From Naegleria gruberi (Eukaryota): a stretch of DNA of 64,000 nucleotides. The position numbers and the translations under genes are program-made. Under the pieces are notes generated by a model. The model saw only the letters and a program-made list of their open reading frames with translations. It was not told where the DNA came from and ran no database searches. Positions 45,150 to 55,915 of the stretch are shown piece by piece. The first letter of the stretch is position 1; each line of letters opens with the position of its first letter. The DNA is taken from the NCBI GenBank assembly GCA_000004985.1, contig GG738896.1, one strand, 5' to 3'.

Positions 45150-45660
45150 CCTGACTCGAGTTTGAATTATTTCGCTTAATGTACCGAACTCGCAAGATCA
45201 CCTCCAAAATGGTGTGTGAAAAGGTCTTTAGTGCAAATAGAAACCAAACTGGACCATTGCCCAAGGTGAATGTCGTTAATGTTACATTGGCTTGCATGTG
45301 TTTCGGTGAAGGTGAATTCAATCAATTTCCATACTATATAGTATTACACTATAACCATTGAAGAATCCAAGAATTTGATGGTTTGGGCTCTGAAGAATTC
45401 CGGCCAAAACTTTACAACCAAAGTACTTGATGCACCTTATATTTTGGTTTCTGAACATTTTCAAACAGAGCTGTTATAAAGAATCTATGGAACTCTTCAA
45501 GACTTATCCAGATGGGGCCTTTGGTATCCGGTTCTTGGTAGTTTTATTCAAACTTTCTACTCCGTTCCACTTTGGTCTTTCAAAAGTCAATATTTCACTC
45601 AAACAAATTGCCAGCTTCTTGTCAGGTGTGAGTTACACGAGTGTTAATTAAGGTTATTAG
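45150..45660 (+). pseudogene. Decayed partial duplicate (pseudogene) of the N-terminal sensor region of the downstream cyclase-like receptor gene.
   Basis: ORF fragments 45179..45361 ('VNVVNVTLACMCFGEGEFN') and 45427..45651 ('ESMELFKTYPDGAFGIRF...FGLSKVNISLKQIASFLSGV') are in different frames. They align with 'MRVYNITLANLCYGEGGLN' and 'ESLSLFQNYPQGAFGNVY...LGISKVNISLTLIGKFLASV' of the 803-aa protein. A segment of about 60 aa between them is deleted and there are stops, so the copy is non-functional. Confidence 0.45.
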
Positions 45661-46185
45661 AAGTTTCTTGGATACCGAAAATGAAACACCACTTCACATT
45701 GAATAAAAATTCAATTCAAGTTACTCCATTGGTTTTATATTGTGAATGTTGATGTTGTGAATTAATTGTTGAAGGGAGTCTCTAGACCAGTAAAAGCACG
45801 AAATCGTAAAGTTTGACATTTGGCTTCTTTGGCTTCTAATAATTATACAGGGTCGGCCAACAACAAGCAAGAATAGTTAAGGTAATGTCCTTAATTGCTC
45901 ACTTCCTTAATAGTATAAACACGCACCCTATGACCATTTCCAAGTTTTGATCTCTGCTTGTTAAATACCTCTCTGGATTGAGCGAAGAGTACCATTTTTC
46001 AATCTTTACCAAACTCTACAATCCATCTCTCTGTCAACTACCATCACCTCAAAAATAAAACAATGATCCACAACAAGTAATTTCTTTTATCCTGATGCCA
46101 AATGATGTTTGTAATGGTAATAGTAGAGAGCATCTATCAAAATGACCTCTTTCCATTGTTTGATGCCTCAATTCTTTAAAACAAA

Positions 46186-48597
46186 ATGACTAGACGAATC
46201 GTTCCAGAAAATGCAGAATCCAGTTGGAAAGCAAGTCAAAAAGAAGAAGTTGAAGAGGAGGAACAATTGTTGGTCGCTGAGAAGAAGGAAAAGAGGCCTC
46301 TGATTCTTGGGATTTTACTTTCGGTTAGATTATTCTTGATTATTGTCATTATGAGTGTTGTATTATTGACGGCCTTGTCAATTTGGATAACTTCATACAA
46401 AGTCAATCAGGATCAAGCAATGGAAGCAGTTAATGTATTGATTTCGAATATTAGAGAAAAGGTTTCGAATTTCTTGAATAGTCAATTGGTACCTGCCAAG
46501 CAAGTAGCTCAGCAAATGGCCTATGATTACCATAATAAGTATGTCAAAATAGATGACAGTGCCTTGCCATATGTCTTTTCAAAAATGAGAGTTTATAACA
46601 TTACACTTGCTAACTTATGTTATGGTGAAGGTGGTTTAAATGCAATGCAAGCAGTTACAGTGGACGAAACTAAGGGATCTTTCGTTTGGGCAAAGAAGAA
46701 TCCTGGAGAAAATTTCCTTACATGGATTTTAGATTCAGATACTGGAGCAGTTGTAAAATCGTATGGATTGATTCTTCCTGCCTATCCAGTTGGTAAAATG
46801 GACTATTATGTTGAATCGTTGAGTTTATTCCAAAATTATCCTCAAGGTGCTTTTGGAAATGTCTATCAAGTGATTAACAGTTCAATGCAGACATTCTTCT
46901 CTGTTCCAATTTATAACACAACGAATACTACATCAAAGCAAAGACTTGGTATTTCAAAAGTCAACATTTCACTAACCTTAATAGGAAAATTCCTGGCAAG
47001 TGTTGAAGTTTTGACACGTGGGTTTGTCATTGTTTCAGAATTCAACACAGATTATGTAATTGGTTCCTCCCTTGACATTCCAGAACTTTTACTCCAAAGA
47101 ATTCACTCGGTCAACATTTCCCAGCACAATGCAGGAGAAATTATGAGAAAGTTTCATGAACTTTCGGGTAAAGTTGAAACCTTCCAAACTACTCTAACCA
47201 TTGGACAAACCACTTATCTTATCAGTTCTAGTGCGTATGTGTTTGAGAATATTAAATGGAGAATGACACTTGTCTTTGAGGAGAGTGAAATTATGGAAGG
47301 TATCATTGTAAGCAGTTACATCATTTTGGGAGTTACAGTTGGTGTTTGTTTATTAGGTATTTTGATAAGTGTTTTGATTGGAAATGTGGTGACGAATCCT
47401 TTCGTCCAACTCGAAAAGGATTTTAAAAAGATTGAAATGCTTGATTTGGCAAATATTAAGCCAAGATCGTCACTCTTCTCAGAAGCTGCAAATATTTATG
47501 CATGTTTAACTGCAACTGTTCAGTGGTTGAAAGATTTTAAATCTTTTCTTCCTGATTCAGTTTTGAATCAATTATCAGATTCGAATAATGATACTTGTGA
47601 TAAGGATAAGGATCCTCCTGGTGATTCATCATTAAGAGAAAGTGCAAGTGCCATTAATTTATCCAATCGCAAATCTGAAACTCAATCAAGAATCAGTTCC
47701 CATCATGACAAGAAGAGAGACATGTTTAAATTGGGATTATCAGTCAAGGAATGTTGTGTTGTTAATGTCAGAATTAATAACATGAATGAGAAATATTTCT
47801 CAGATCCTGATGTACTTTCACAAACAATTTCTAAGGTTTTAACTGGAATTTCAACAATTTGTAAAACAGTTCGAGCTGATTTACAAATTAAGAGTTATGA
47901 TGAATTTTTGGTGATTTTTGCTGATCGACCACAAGTTTCAAATATTGGATTGGAAACTGCATTGAAGATTGTTGCTGGAATTGGTCATTTGAATGATAAT
48001 TTGACAAGAAATGGTCATGGAAAGTTGATCAATTCCATTGGCATTGCCTCTGGAAATTCACTGCAAGGAAATGTTGGAAACAAACAAACAAGATACTTTG
48101 CTCTTGTTGGCACAGTGATTGAAAGGGCAAAAGATTTGTGTTTCATGAGCTCACAATTCGAAACTCCAGTCTTGACTGATCAAATCACTTTCAAACATGG
48201 TAAACAATTTGTTTTCAGACCAGTGGATAGAGTTAAAGATAAGGATGGAAATCTCTTCACTGTTCATGAATTGGTAAAGAAGAATTTGGTTGAGAATGAT
48301 GAGTGGCTCTACGAATTGGAACAAAAGAGGCAAAACTCCAAGCACAACGATTATACTCTAAGTGTGGAGAAGCTCTTTCAAGCAAGAGAGAATGATTCAA
48401 TTATTCCTACAGAAGAACTCAATTCAATTCGTGAATGTTTACTCTCCTATCAAGATGAATGTCCTACTGATAAGGTGGTAAAGAGAATGGCCAACCTCTC
48501 CACCCAAACAAATGATTTCTCCAATTATCATTCAAATGTTGCAAAGATTATAAGAAGCTATTTAAATGTTGATAGACCTGTACATATTAATGAATAA
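46186..48597 (+). CDS. Receptor-like membrane protein: TM helix, about 300 aa of extracellular sensor domain, a second TM helix, then a cytoplasmic class-III nucleotidyl cyclase homology domain with divergent catalytic residues. 803 aa.
   Basis: TM1 is 'LILGILLSVRLFLIIVIMSVVLLTALSIWI' (aa about 38-68). TM2 is 'IIVSSYIILGVTVGVCLLGILISVLIGNVV' (aa about 375-405). Cyclase-like region: 'YDEFLVIFADRPQ', then 'NSIGIASGNSLQGNVGNKQTRYFALVGTVIERAKDL' (compare cyclase 'hiGihtGpvvaGvvG...rYdvwGdtVNlAsRmEs'). The first metal-binding Asp and the transition-state Asn/Arg are substituted. Confidence 0.5.
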   Translation: MTRRIVPENAESSWKASQKEEVEEEEQLLVAEKKEKRPLILGILLSVRLFLIIVIMSVVLLTALSIWITSYKVNQDQAMEAVNVLISNIREKVSNFLNSQLVPAKQVAQQMAYDYHNKYVKIDDSALPYVFSKMRVYNITLANLCYGEGGLNAMQAVTVDETKGSFVWAKKNPGENFLTWILDSDTGAVVKSYGLILPAYPVGKMDYYVESLSLFQNYPQGAFGNVYQVINSSMQTFFSVPIYNTTNTTSKQRLGISKVNISLTLIGKFLASVEVLTRGFVIVSEFNTDYVIGSSLDIPELLLQRIHSVNISQHNAGEIMRKFHELSGKVETFQTTLTIGQTTYLISSSAYVFENIKWRMTLVFEESEIMEGIIVSSYIILGVTVGVCLLGILISVLIGNVVTNPFVQLEKDFKKIEMLDLANIKPRSSLFSEAANIYACLTATVQWLKDFKSFLPDSVLNQLSDSNNDTCDKDKDPPGDSSLRESASAINLSNRKSETQSRISSHHDKKRDMFKLGLSVKECCVVNVRINNMNEKYFSDPDVLSQTISKVLTGISTICKTVRADLQIKSYDEFLVIFADRPQVSNIGLETALKIVAGIGHLNDNLTRNGHGKLINSIGIASGNSLQGNVGNKQTRYFALVGTVIERAKDLCFMSSQFETPVLTDQITFKHGKQFVFRPVDRVKDKDGNLFTVHELVKKNLVENDEWLYELEQKRQNSKHNDYTLSVEKLFQARENDSIIPTEELNSIRECLLSYQDECPTDKVVKRMANLSTQTNDFSNYHSNVAKIIRSYLNVDRPVHINE

Positions 48598-48613
48598 AAA
48601 ATTTTACTTCTCC

Positions 48614-50812
48614 CTAAATTGTAAAGAAGAATCGCCTACACATTATATTAAATTCTTCTCCCCACTCATTATGATCATATAAATCCAATTCTATATTGAT
48701 TTCTCTCGAAATTAACAAATCGTTCATTCCACTAAATATTAATCCAATTTCACTCTTACATCTGGCCATATAAAAGAATGAGCTTGCGAGTTGTTCTTTA
48801 ATGTTTTCTCCCATATCATCCGAGTCGTATCTTGTATAGATAAAATCAATATAATACTTGAAATCCAAAATGGCAAGCTCATATTTTTTCAAGTCCAGTA
48901 AAGACATGGCTCTATTTCTATACGTGTCACTGATGTCATCAGAAAATTGAATATTATTACCAAAACGATCTATACAATTAGTATACCATAGTACAGCATT
49001 TAGATGATCCTCAGCAGCAGAGTAGGCAAATCCGAGATTGTGTGAATAGTTTTGCTGAGTTTCATCCAACAAGTCTGCATTGTAAAAATCATTAATGGCC
49101 TCTTGATACTTTTCCAGAGAAATAAATGTAAATCCTCTATTATTGATAATAAAGGCATGTTGTTGTTTGAGCACCTTATAGTCACGTATTCTTGCTAGCT
49201 CTTCTGTATTTTTAGCTCTTCGAGTTAGCTTCTTCAAGTCCTCAAATTTCTTGTATTCAGGAAGAATGTACTTGTCCAGTAATTTCTGATAGGTTTCTGC
49301 CGAATCGTTCAACCTTCCCATTAGCTTTAACTGTAGAGCCTTATTGTTGTAAAGAGTAATCAAGCTACCATCCTCGTGGCAGTCATTGTTACAAATACTG
49401 GAAAATCTATTGTAAAGGCATTCTCTGTAAAATCTCTCTGACAACCACTCAGGACCTTCAAACTCTGGTTTTGTAATTCTTTCGTGAAATTCTATTGCGT
49501 AATCAATCAGTTTTACTCTGGCACTATACTTTAACTGATCACGTAGGTAAATGGAGTATAAAATTGAATTCTTATAATTTGGAAAGATCTTGACACTAAT
49601 TTTGAGGCAAGTCTTTGCTAATTTGAAATAATAGGCCCGCTCAGATTCCATCATAGCAAAGCATCCATACGACCAAAATATACTCCCACTCAAAGACAGC
49701 ATTGTCTCAATCAACATGTGAGATGGAAGCATTAAATAATCCACACAATTACAATCCGTCTGTTTTACCTTTTCGAATCCTTTCGTAACAATACTGTAAT
49801 TTTCCTCTCCTCCAAACCTGAGTAGATGTGACTTGTACAAGTTAAAGCACTCCTTGATATCTTTACGAGCCAATTCATAAATTAATTTCCCGGAAATTCT
49901 AGCACTAATACTCTTTGTATTGTCCAATTCATCATCATCACCAAATACCAGACTCTCAAACCTCTGAACAGAGTAGGTAGTCGAGTTGTTACCAAGAGTA
50001 AAGACCAAATCGCACAAGTATAAAGCTCTCTTTTCCAAGGCCTGTATCTTTTTCACTGCCACAAAAGTCTTGTCCTCGTATTGCTCATCTAAATGTTGAA
50101 GCACGTAGGTAATGTCGCTCACTGCCGATAGACACAACCTCATGTCAGAATTCATAGTATCTTTACAGGCTGTCTTGTAGAAGGCATTTGCTCTATTCCA
50201 ATAACACATGACATCTCCACAACAACATTTATGAACATCAAAATCCTCTTCGTTAAATGAAATTCCAAATCTTTGATCCAAATAATCAATATATCTCATC
50301 ATTTCCACACAATCACATTCCTTTGTATCGTCTGCCACATTCTCATATCCATACAATTCATCTTTCAAATAATTGTACTCCTTTTCCAAATCCACAAATT
50401 GTTGCAAAAATCTCTCCTTCACTCTATCGCACACTTCAATAAATGCTTGTTCGAATTTTCTCTTGGTATTCTCCGAAGAGACAGGAAGTTTCTCCTTTGA
50501 ATTTATCAACTTTTCAATCTTACTCAAGTAGGCAGAAGGTTCATAGCTAGTTTCTTGTTGATCATTCTTCTCTTCACCACCAAAAACATCAAAATCATCT
50601 TCCGACTCCTTTACAAGTTGAGTGAGAAGAGTTGGATTCCATGGAGGAAAAGTCTCCTTCTTCTTTTTCAAGGCATTATAATCTTCTGTTGTTATTGTTG
50701 TCGTGGTAGTTGAAGAAACTGTTGTTTCAGCTGTTGTACTATTAAAATCCTCTTCATTAGAATTGATACTAGTTGCCGATAAATCTTCTTCACTATTATT
50801 ATTATTAATCAT
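48614..50812 (-). CDS. TPR-repeat-containing protein, 732 aa.
   Basis: Single ORF from ATG 50812. Acidic Asn-rich N-terminus, then multiple 34-residue helical repeats with a TPR-like W/L-G-Y-A-F-P pattern (for example 'AYYFKLAKTCLKISVKIFPNYKNSILY', 'YRNRAMSLLDLKKYELAILDFKYYIDF'). Confidence 0.4.
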   Translation of the reverse strand: MINNNNSEEDLSATSINSNEEDFNSTTAETTVSSTTTTTITTEDYNALKKKKETFPPWNPTLLTQLVKESEDDFDVFGGEEKNDQQETSYEPSAYLSKIEKLINSKEKLPVSSENTKRKFEQAFIEVCDRVKERFLQQFVDLEKEYNYLKDELYGYENVADDTKECDCVEMMRYIDYLDQRFGISFNEEDFDVHKCCCGDVMCYWNRANAFYKTACKDTMNSDMRLCLSAVSDITYVLQHLDEQYEDKTFVAVKKIQALEKRALYLCDLVFTLGNNSTTYSVQRFESLVFGDDDELDNTKSISARISGKLIYELARKDIKECFNLYKSHLLRFGGEENYSIVTKGFEKVKQTDCNCVDYLMLPSHMLIETMLSLSGSIFWSYGCFAMMESERAYYFKLAKTCLKISVKIFPNYKNSILYSIYLRDQLKYSARVKLIDYAIEFHERITKPEFEGPEWLSERFYRECLYNRFSSICNNDCHEDGSLITLYNNKALQLKLMGRLNDSAETYQKLLDKYILPEYKKFEDLKKLTRRAKNTEELARIRDYKVLKQQHAFIINNRGFTFISLEKYQEAINDFYNADLLDETQQNYSHNLGFAYSAAEDHLNAVLWYTNCIDRFGNNIQFSDDISDTYRNRAMSLLDLKKYELAILDFKYYIDFIYTRYDSDDMGENIKEQLASSFFYMARCKSEIGLIFSGMNDLLISREINIELDLYDHNEWGEEFNIMCRRFFFTI

Positions 50813-51703
50813 GATGATGCTATTTTTTTGCTATTCTCACGGAATGAACAAAATGATGATGAAAAATTATTATTAGGTGTGATGATGAACCTATTATTCT
50901 ATTATTTTGTGAGGATGTATTATTTACAAACTAATGGAATAAATATTAATGAAGAAGATATGAGGAGGTTCTTTTTTTAAAAATTAAAACAATGAAATAA
51001 ATCGTGCGCACTCATCACATAATTTTTTTGAATTTAAATTTTAAAATTGAATTATAAAACCGAATATTCCTATTAATCTTTCTCCTTTTCCACTGCCAGT
51101 TGATGAGATTGATGTTGAACATTCTGTTGTGGCTATTATGATTGCTTCAATAAATGACATTCTTGGTTCATCAAAAGGAAACCAAAAAGGTCCAACACGG
51201 CCATCCTTAAATAAGTGTTTAAATGGAGCATCTCACCTAAAGAGTCAAGGCCAATTGTGTGTTTATTGCCTTAACATGAGTTTGAAATTGCCAAAGACAG
51301 AATTCAAAACAACGGATTTCATTTTTCCCGCCAACATGGAACTCTTATTAAGGAACCATAGCTATTGCCATCGGTACCAAATCGGACAAGATCCCTCCTT
51401 AATATTTTAATGTTGTCTGACTGAAAGGAAGCATAGGATGATGATCTCTGTGGCAAGCCACTAACCTCAATCAATCAAATTCCTCAGTCCTCACAATGAG
51501 GTGAGGAGGAGTATCGACTGGTTAGTGTTCTTCCTTGCTTGTTAACAAAGAGTGCGGAAAGGATAAATTAAAGGAAATTAGCTTCTTGTTTGGAATGAGG
51601 CAAATGTCCTTCTTGATGCTCTTTGCGTTTCTTGTTTGGAATTTTTACACTCACTAACCATTTTATTAAAAAAACAAACAAGATCTGCTGCAGTGGAATT
51701 TAT

Positions 51704-52411
51704 ATGACTCAAAGTAGTGCAATACAGCAACAAGAAGTGGTGGCTAAAAGGCAAACAACAACATCATCATCTCTGAACTCCAACAACATGACTGTTGGAT
51801 CCATTGAAAGTGTCAACCTTAAGCTTGACATGGACATTTCGCCAAAGAAGGTTGTAAATAGAAAAAAGTCTCCAACTAATAAGACACATGTATCATCTTC
51901 ATCAATAACCATGTGGCCACATGAATCAAACTCTGTATTATCCTCTTCTGATATTTGTTCATCGAGTTCATCTCCCAGTAATACAACAACATCTAACAAC
52001 AACATGGATCATCACAAGATTAAAAAGTCTCGGAAAACCATCAAGTACGAAACACATGTTTTTACATGCAATGACGAACCACTAGTAGCATCAAAAAGAA
52101 AACTTATTGCCAAGTATGATTTGTTACGAGTGCTGCATTTACCTCAAACTTTGGCAAGTCAGGTACTGGGGTGTAGTTTCTCAACATTGAAGAGAAGATT
52201 CTACGAATCGAAAGAGGACTTGGGAATTGAGAAATGGCCTCAGTTTTATCAGGAAGTGAGGCATTTACCAATATTCGAGTACATTTATCCAATGTCTCTA
52301 ACATTTATTTTGAATCCTGTAAATAGACACAAAAAAACATCTTATTCAGACTTGACACCTCCGTACATTTCTGACTCTGAGGTGAGGAATCATATGGAAT
52401 ATCCAAACTAG
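51704..52411 (+). CDS. Divergent RWP-RK-like domain protein, a paralogue of the 19190 gene, with a Ser/Asn-rich N-terminus.
   Basis: Track ORF 51623..52411, first ATG at 51704. 'KYDLLRVLHLPQTLASQVLGCSFSTLKRRFYESKEDLGIEKWPQ' parallels '...YFNAPQVMAARLLNVSVSTLKRRFYEMYEGRWPYQK' of the 19190 gene. RWP is replaced by KWP. Confidence 0.4.
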   Translation: MTQSSAIQQQEVVAKRQTTTSSSLNSNNMTVGSIESVNLKLDMDISPKKVVNRKKSPTNKTHVSSSSITMWPHESNSVLSSSDICSSSSSPSNTTTSNNNMDHHKIKKSRKTIKYETHVFTCNDEPLVASKRKLIAKYDLLRVLHLPQTLASQVLGCSFSTLKRRFYESKEDLGIEKWPQFYQEVRHLPIFEYIYPMSLTFILNPVNRHKKTSYSDLTPPYISDSEVRNHMEYPN

Positions 52412-52687
52412 CAAAGTCATGCAGATATGTGGAGAGAACAATTTTGATCTGGAGCTAAATTATTAACGTCGCTTATATCGAAAAGACCTGAGAGACGAGG
52501 TCTACAACCACTAAGTGGTAGCCTGCCTGTGGTAGGCAGAGAGGTATTAACCCAGATAATGAACCTGGATGTGACAACAGGTCCAAAACCTTTTCTTAAT
52601 AATTCCAATTTTTCCAATAGTGAAAGTGGAATAGTATCTACTGTTGAGAGGTATCTAGGTACAGAAAGATCTGGAGCTAAATATCAT

Positions 52688-54777
52688 TTATTCAACAAAA
52701 TCTTTCAAACACTTGATGTTATCAGCAATAACATTTACATTTGTATCAGATTTAGGATAAAAACAGAAGAAACGAGTAGTAATATGTTCTGCTTGTGGAA
52801 CGACATAGTAAGGAGAAGCAGTAGTTGGAACACCAGGTGCCTTGTTAACTTCACAAATCATAACACAACGCAAATTACTGACATTACCAAATTGAGATTT
52901 GGCCCAAGAAGTACCCATTCTTGAATAACCAAAGCTAGTAGCTGATTCTCTGGCCATGTATACCCCAGGCCCGTATGCTGCGCCAGTGGTCATGAGCTTG
53001 GTATTGGAAGCATTGACCAAACCATTTCTAAGAATGGAGTGGAAGTTTTCGATGGCTGAACCATGGAATGCCCAGTCTATAATTTTTTTAAAAATTAATT
53101 GCATAATAATACTTACAAGAACCATACTTCTTTCTGTTTTGAGAGAAGGTGGCAGCCTTTTCTGGGTTATCCATCATCATTATGTATTGATATTGAGTTT
53201 GCATTTCTTGAATTCTCTTCTTTTCGGGCATTTTTACAATAGCACTGTTCAATAGTTTTAAATATAAAAATAAACATTCCAACTTACCATCTCTTACAAC
53301 TCAATAGCCATCTCAAAATTTCATAAGCCTCAGGATGTAAAAACTTTCTGAGTTCAGATTCATTTTCACAGTGATTTTTCATTTCAGCAATAGAAGGAAG
53401 TCTGTCGAGAGCTTGTACAACTGAATTAAAGTTCTTTGTGGATCCCTTTATCAAATATTCTGGGAATGGATCGAAAATGAGTTCCTTTCTACCACTGGTA
53501 GCTGCTGAATAGGCCATACTCACCATGATATCGACGACGTCTCCATTTTCTAAAATATCAGTGTGAATAGATGAGGGACAAATGACAATTGGAATGGAAT
53601 TGCATACACCAAGTTCGATATACTCAAATTGGCATTTGAATTTTGTACAAATAACAGGTCTATTTTCTTGTGAAACAGGGAGCAAATCGTGGCACTCAAT
53701 AGAATCATCACAACCACAACAAAAGTGATTACATGATTGTACTCTGAGTACAAGATAGGTCAACATTTCCAATATAAAGTTTGTCTTTGGTTCATGTCCT
53801 GAAACGAGAGCCTTATCGTAAGTGTACAAATTTTGTTGAATATATCCACATTCTCTCAACAATTCTTCGGCAGCCTCTGGAATAACATTGGTATAATACA
53901 AAGCAAGAGCTTTAGCTGTATGAATCTTCTTTTCCTTGAGGAATTTGCTAATAATTTCCTTTTTTTCCTTTTGAGTAGTCTTTGAACTCCATTGAGCTAA
54001 TTTCAAATCTGCAGCACCAAATCTAGTTGTCTTGTCAAACTTTAATTGCTCCCATCTAAAATCAATATATTTAGTGAGAACGTGTTCCATTTGTTCAGCA
54101 AAACCACTTCTCAAGTGAGCCAACTCTGGTTTGTATTGAACTCTTGGTGATGTGTCGTGAGTTAAATAATCTGGAGCAAAGTTAATTGACATGGTAAACC
54201 AATTGTTTTGAGAATTTATACCATACTCCTTTTTCATTTCAGTAGTCATGTCATCAACAATAACATTGAGTCTGACATTGTAAATTTGACTGATAAGAGA
54301 AACAAATTTGGTATCAAAATAAGTTTTTGCATCATTAACATGGCAAGTGAGTTGATCTTGCATTTCTCCATCTTCTTCAAAATCATCAACCATGTCATCA
54401 TCATCAAGGTCGAAAATCTTTTGACTATTTCCCTTTCCAGTACCAGGTGTTGGTGTTCCGACTTCATTCATCAAGTAGTCATCTCTCTTCTGGACGAGAC
54501 TATCCATGAAGGTTTTGATTGTATTTTCCAAACCATTTTGTATTTCAATATATTCCTCATTTCCATCATATGTTGCACAGATCAAATCTTCGGAAACTTT
54601 AACAATATGACAAAGAAACTCTTTCAACCCGAAAAAATCAACATTAATGTCCAACTCTAACTCTCCAGGACCAAAATTGACAATACGAAACGTTCTAACA
54701 ACAGGATCTTCACCCTTCTTGAACTCTCCAAGTAATTCAGAGAGACGTTCCTTTGTCAATACACTACTACTGGACAT
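52688..54777 (-). CDS. PARP6/PARP8-like mono-ADP-ribosyltransferase. Three exons: join(54777..53288, 53244..53117, 53076..52688).
   Basis: Track ORF 53284..54957 has its real ATG at 54777 ('MSSSSVLTKE...'). It encodes a Cys-rich central region 'CNHFCCGCDDSIECHDLLPVSQENRPVICTKFKCQFEY'. Its apparent stop is a donor, TG|GTAAGT at 53287. A 43-nt intron ends at the GAACAG acceptor at 53245. The next exon (within ORF 53088..53282) ends at T|GTAAGT at 53116. A 40-nt intron then leads into ORF 52688..53125. That ORF encodes the PARP catalytic signature 'WAFHGSAIENFHSILRNGL...TTGAAYGPGVYMARES...PYYVV' (the H-G-S ... Y ... Y/E ART triad region). All junctions are in phase. Confidence 0.5.
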
Positions 54778-55357
54778 TTTTATATGTAACAAAATATAAT
54801 ATACTAATTTGATGATGAAGATGTTGATAATCAAGTTGTTTTGTTGTTGATCGATGACAAAACGGAAAACACCAAGAACAAGATGAGAATTTTTTTTCTT
54901 GTTGAATTTGAAGCTATTTTTATGGTGATCATTACAAGATTGAACTTGTTCCAACACGCAGAGATGTTAAATAATTTCATGATTTTGTGCTTTGTTTGAA
55001 AATATTGTGTAGCTATTAAGTGGAAGGTAAAACAAAATTCTTCTTCATAATATTTATGTCTTGTTACAGGAACATGTTGTTAAAGAGAGATCCAAAGTAG
55101 TTCCAAGCAGGACTTGTTTTTACCACTTGTTCATTTTGGATCCTCCTCAAATCGTGTTGTAAAATCAAAAAAATTACCATCACATGACGAAAAACCATAA
55201 AAGACGTGATGCCAGATAAACTATTCTACTCCCATTGGTAGATCGTTGAAATCATCATCTCCTACAACCTATTTTAAAAGTAATATTACTCATCATCATT
55301 ATGATAATAATTTAAAAAACATATCACACAGTTTATTATTATTACAATTATAATAAT

Positions 55358-55657
55358 ATGAAGAGAGGCAATCACTTGTTATTCCTAGTAGCATCAATAG
55401 TAGTAGTACTTGTTCTATTATTTTGCTCATCATCCGTAGAGTCACTGAATATCGGCAGCAAGTGCAACAAGCATCACAACAACAAACATTGCAGTAAAAA
55501 GCCGTGCAACATTAAATGTTCTACCAATTTGATGAGTAAGAACGGATGCCAACTATGTAAATGTTGTCCACCCTATCTTCACACTTGTAAATTGTACTGT
55601 AAGAAGGGTTATCAAACCAACAAGTATGGTTGTCAAATCTGCCAATGCATTCCATAG
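55358..55657 (+). CDS. Small secreted cysteine-rich peptide, 99 aa, with 16 Cys in the mature region.
   Basis: Signal peptide 'MKRGNHLLFLVASIVVVLVLLFCSSSVES'. The mature part is 'KCNKHHNNKHCSKKPCNIKCSTNLMSKNGCQLCKCCPPYLHTCKLYCKKGYQTNKYGCQICQCIP'. The motif (N/Y)GCQ(L/I)C(K/Q)C appears twice. Confidence 0.45.
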   Translation: MKRGNHLLFLVASIVVVLVLLFCSSSVESLNIGSKCNKHHNNKHCSKKPCNIKCSTNLMSKNGCQLCKCCPPYLHTCKLYCKKGYQTNKYGCQICQCIP

Positions 55658-55915
55658 GAGAATTAACACAATTTTCTATTAAGTATCCGCGCTGATTCTC
55701 AAGAAATAATTCCATAGCTTGGGAACTAACTATTACAATAAACATGCACCAATTTTGTAACAAGAGATGTCGCTACTATTCTCTGTGCTGGTAGTAACTA
55801 TGTAATTTATTTATTATTAGAAGGAGAATAGGATAGAAAATAATTTGAAAAAAACAACATCAACACCTTATTACATTTTCTTCAAACTCTTTTATACAAC
55901 TGCTTCTTCTTCATC

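Noticed and set aside
52480-52560. Short hairpins (CTGCCTGTGGTAGGCAG, GACCTGAGAGACGAGGTC) checked as possible tRNA or snRNA.
   Set aside because: No cloverleaf, no A/B box or T-loop GTTCGA-type motif. Probably chance palindromes in a 3' UTR.
53088-53282. 64-aa ORF and the 145-aa ORF (52688..53125) as separate small genes.
   Set aside because: Both are continuations of the PARP6/8-like gene through short introns. Together they form the H-G-S/Y/Y catalytic domain.
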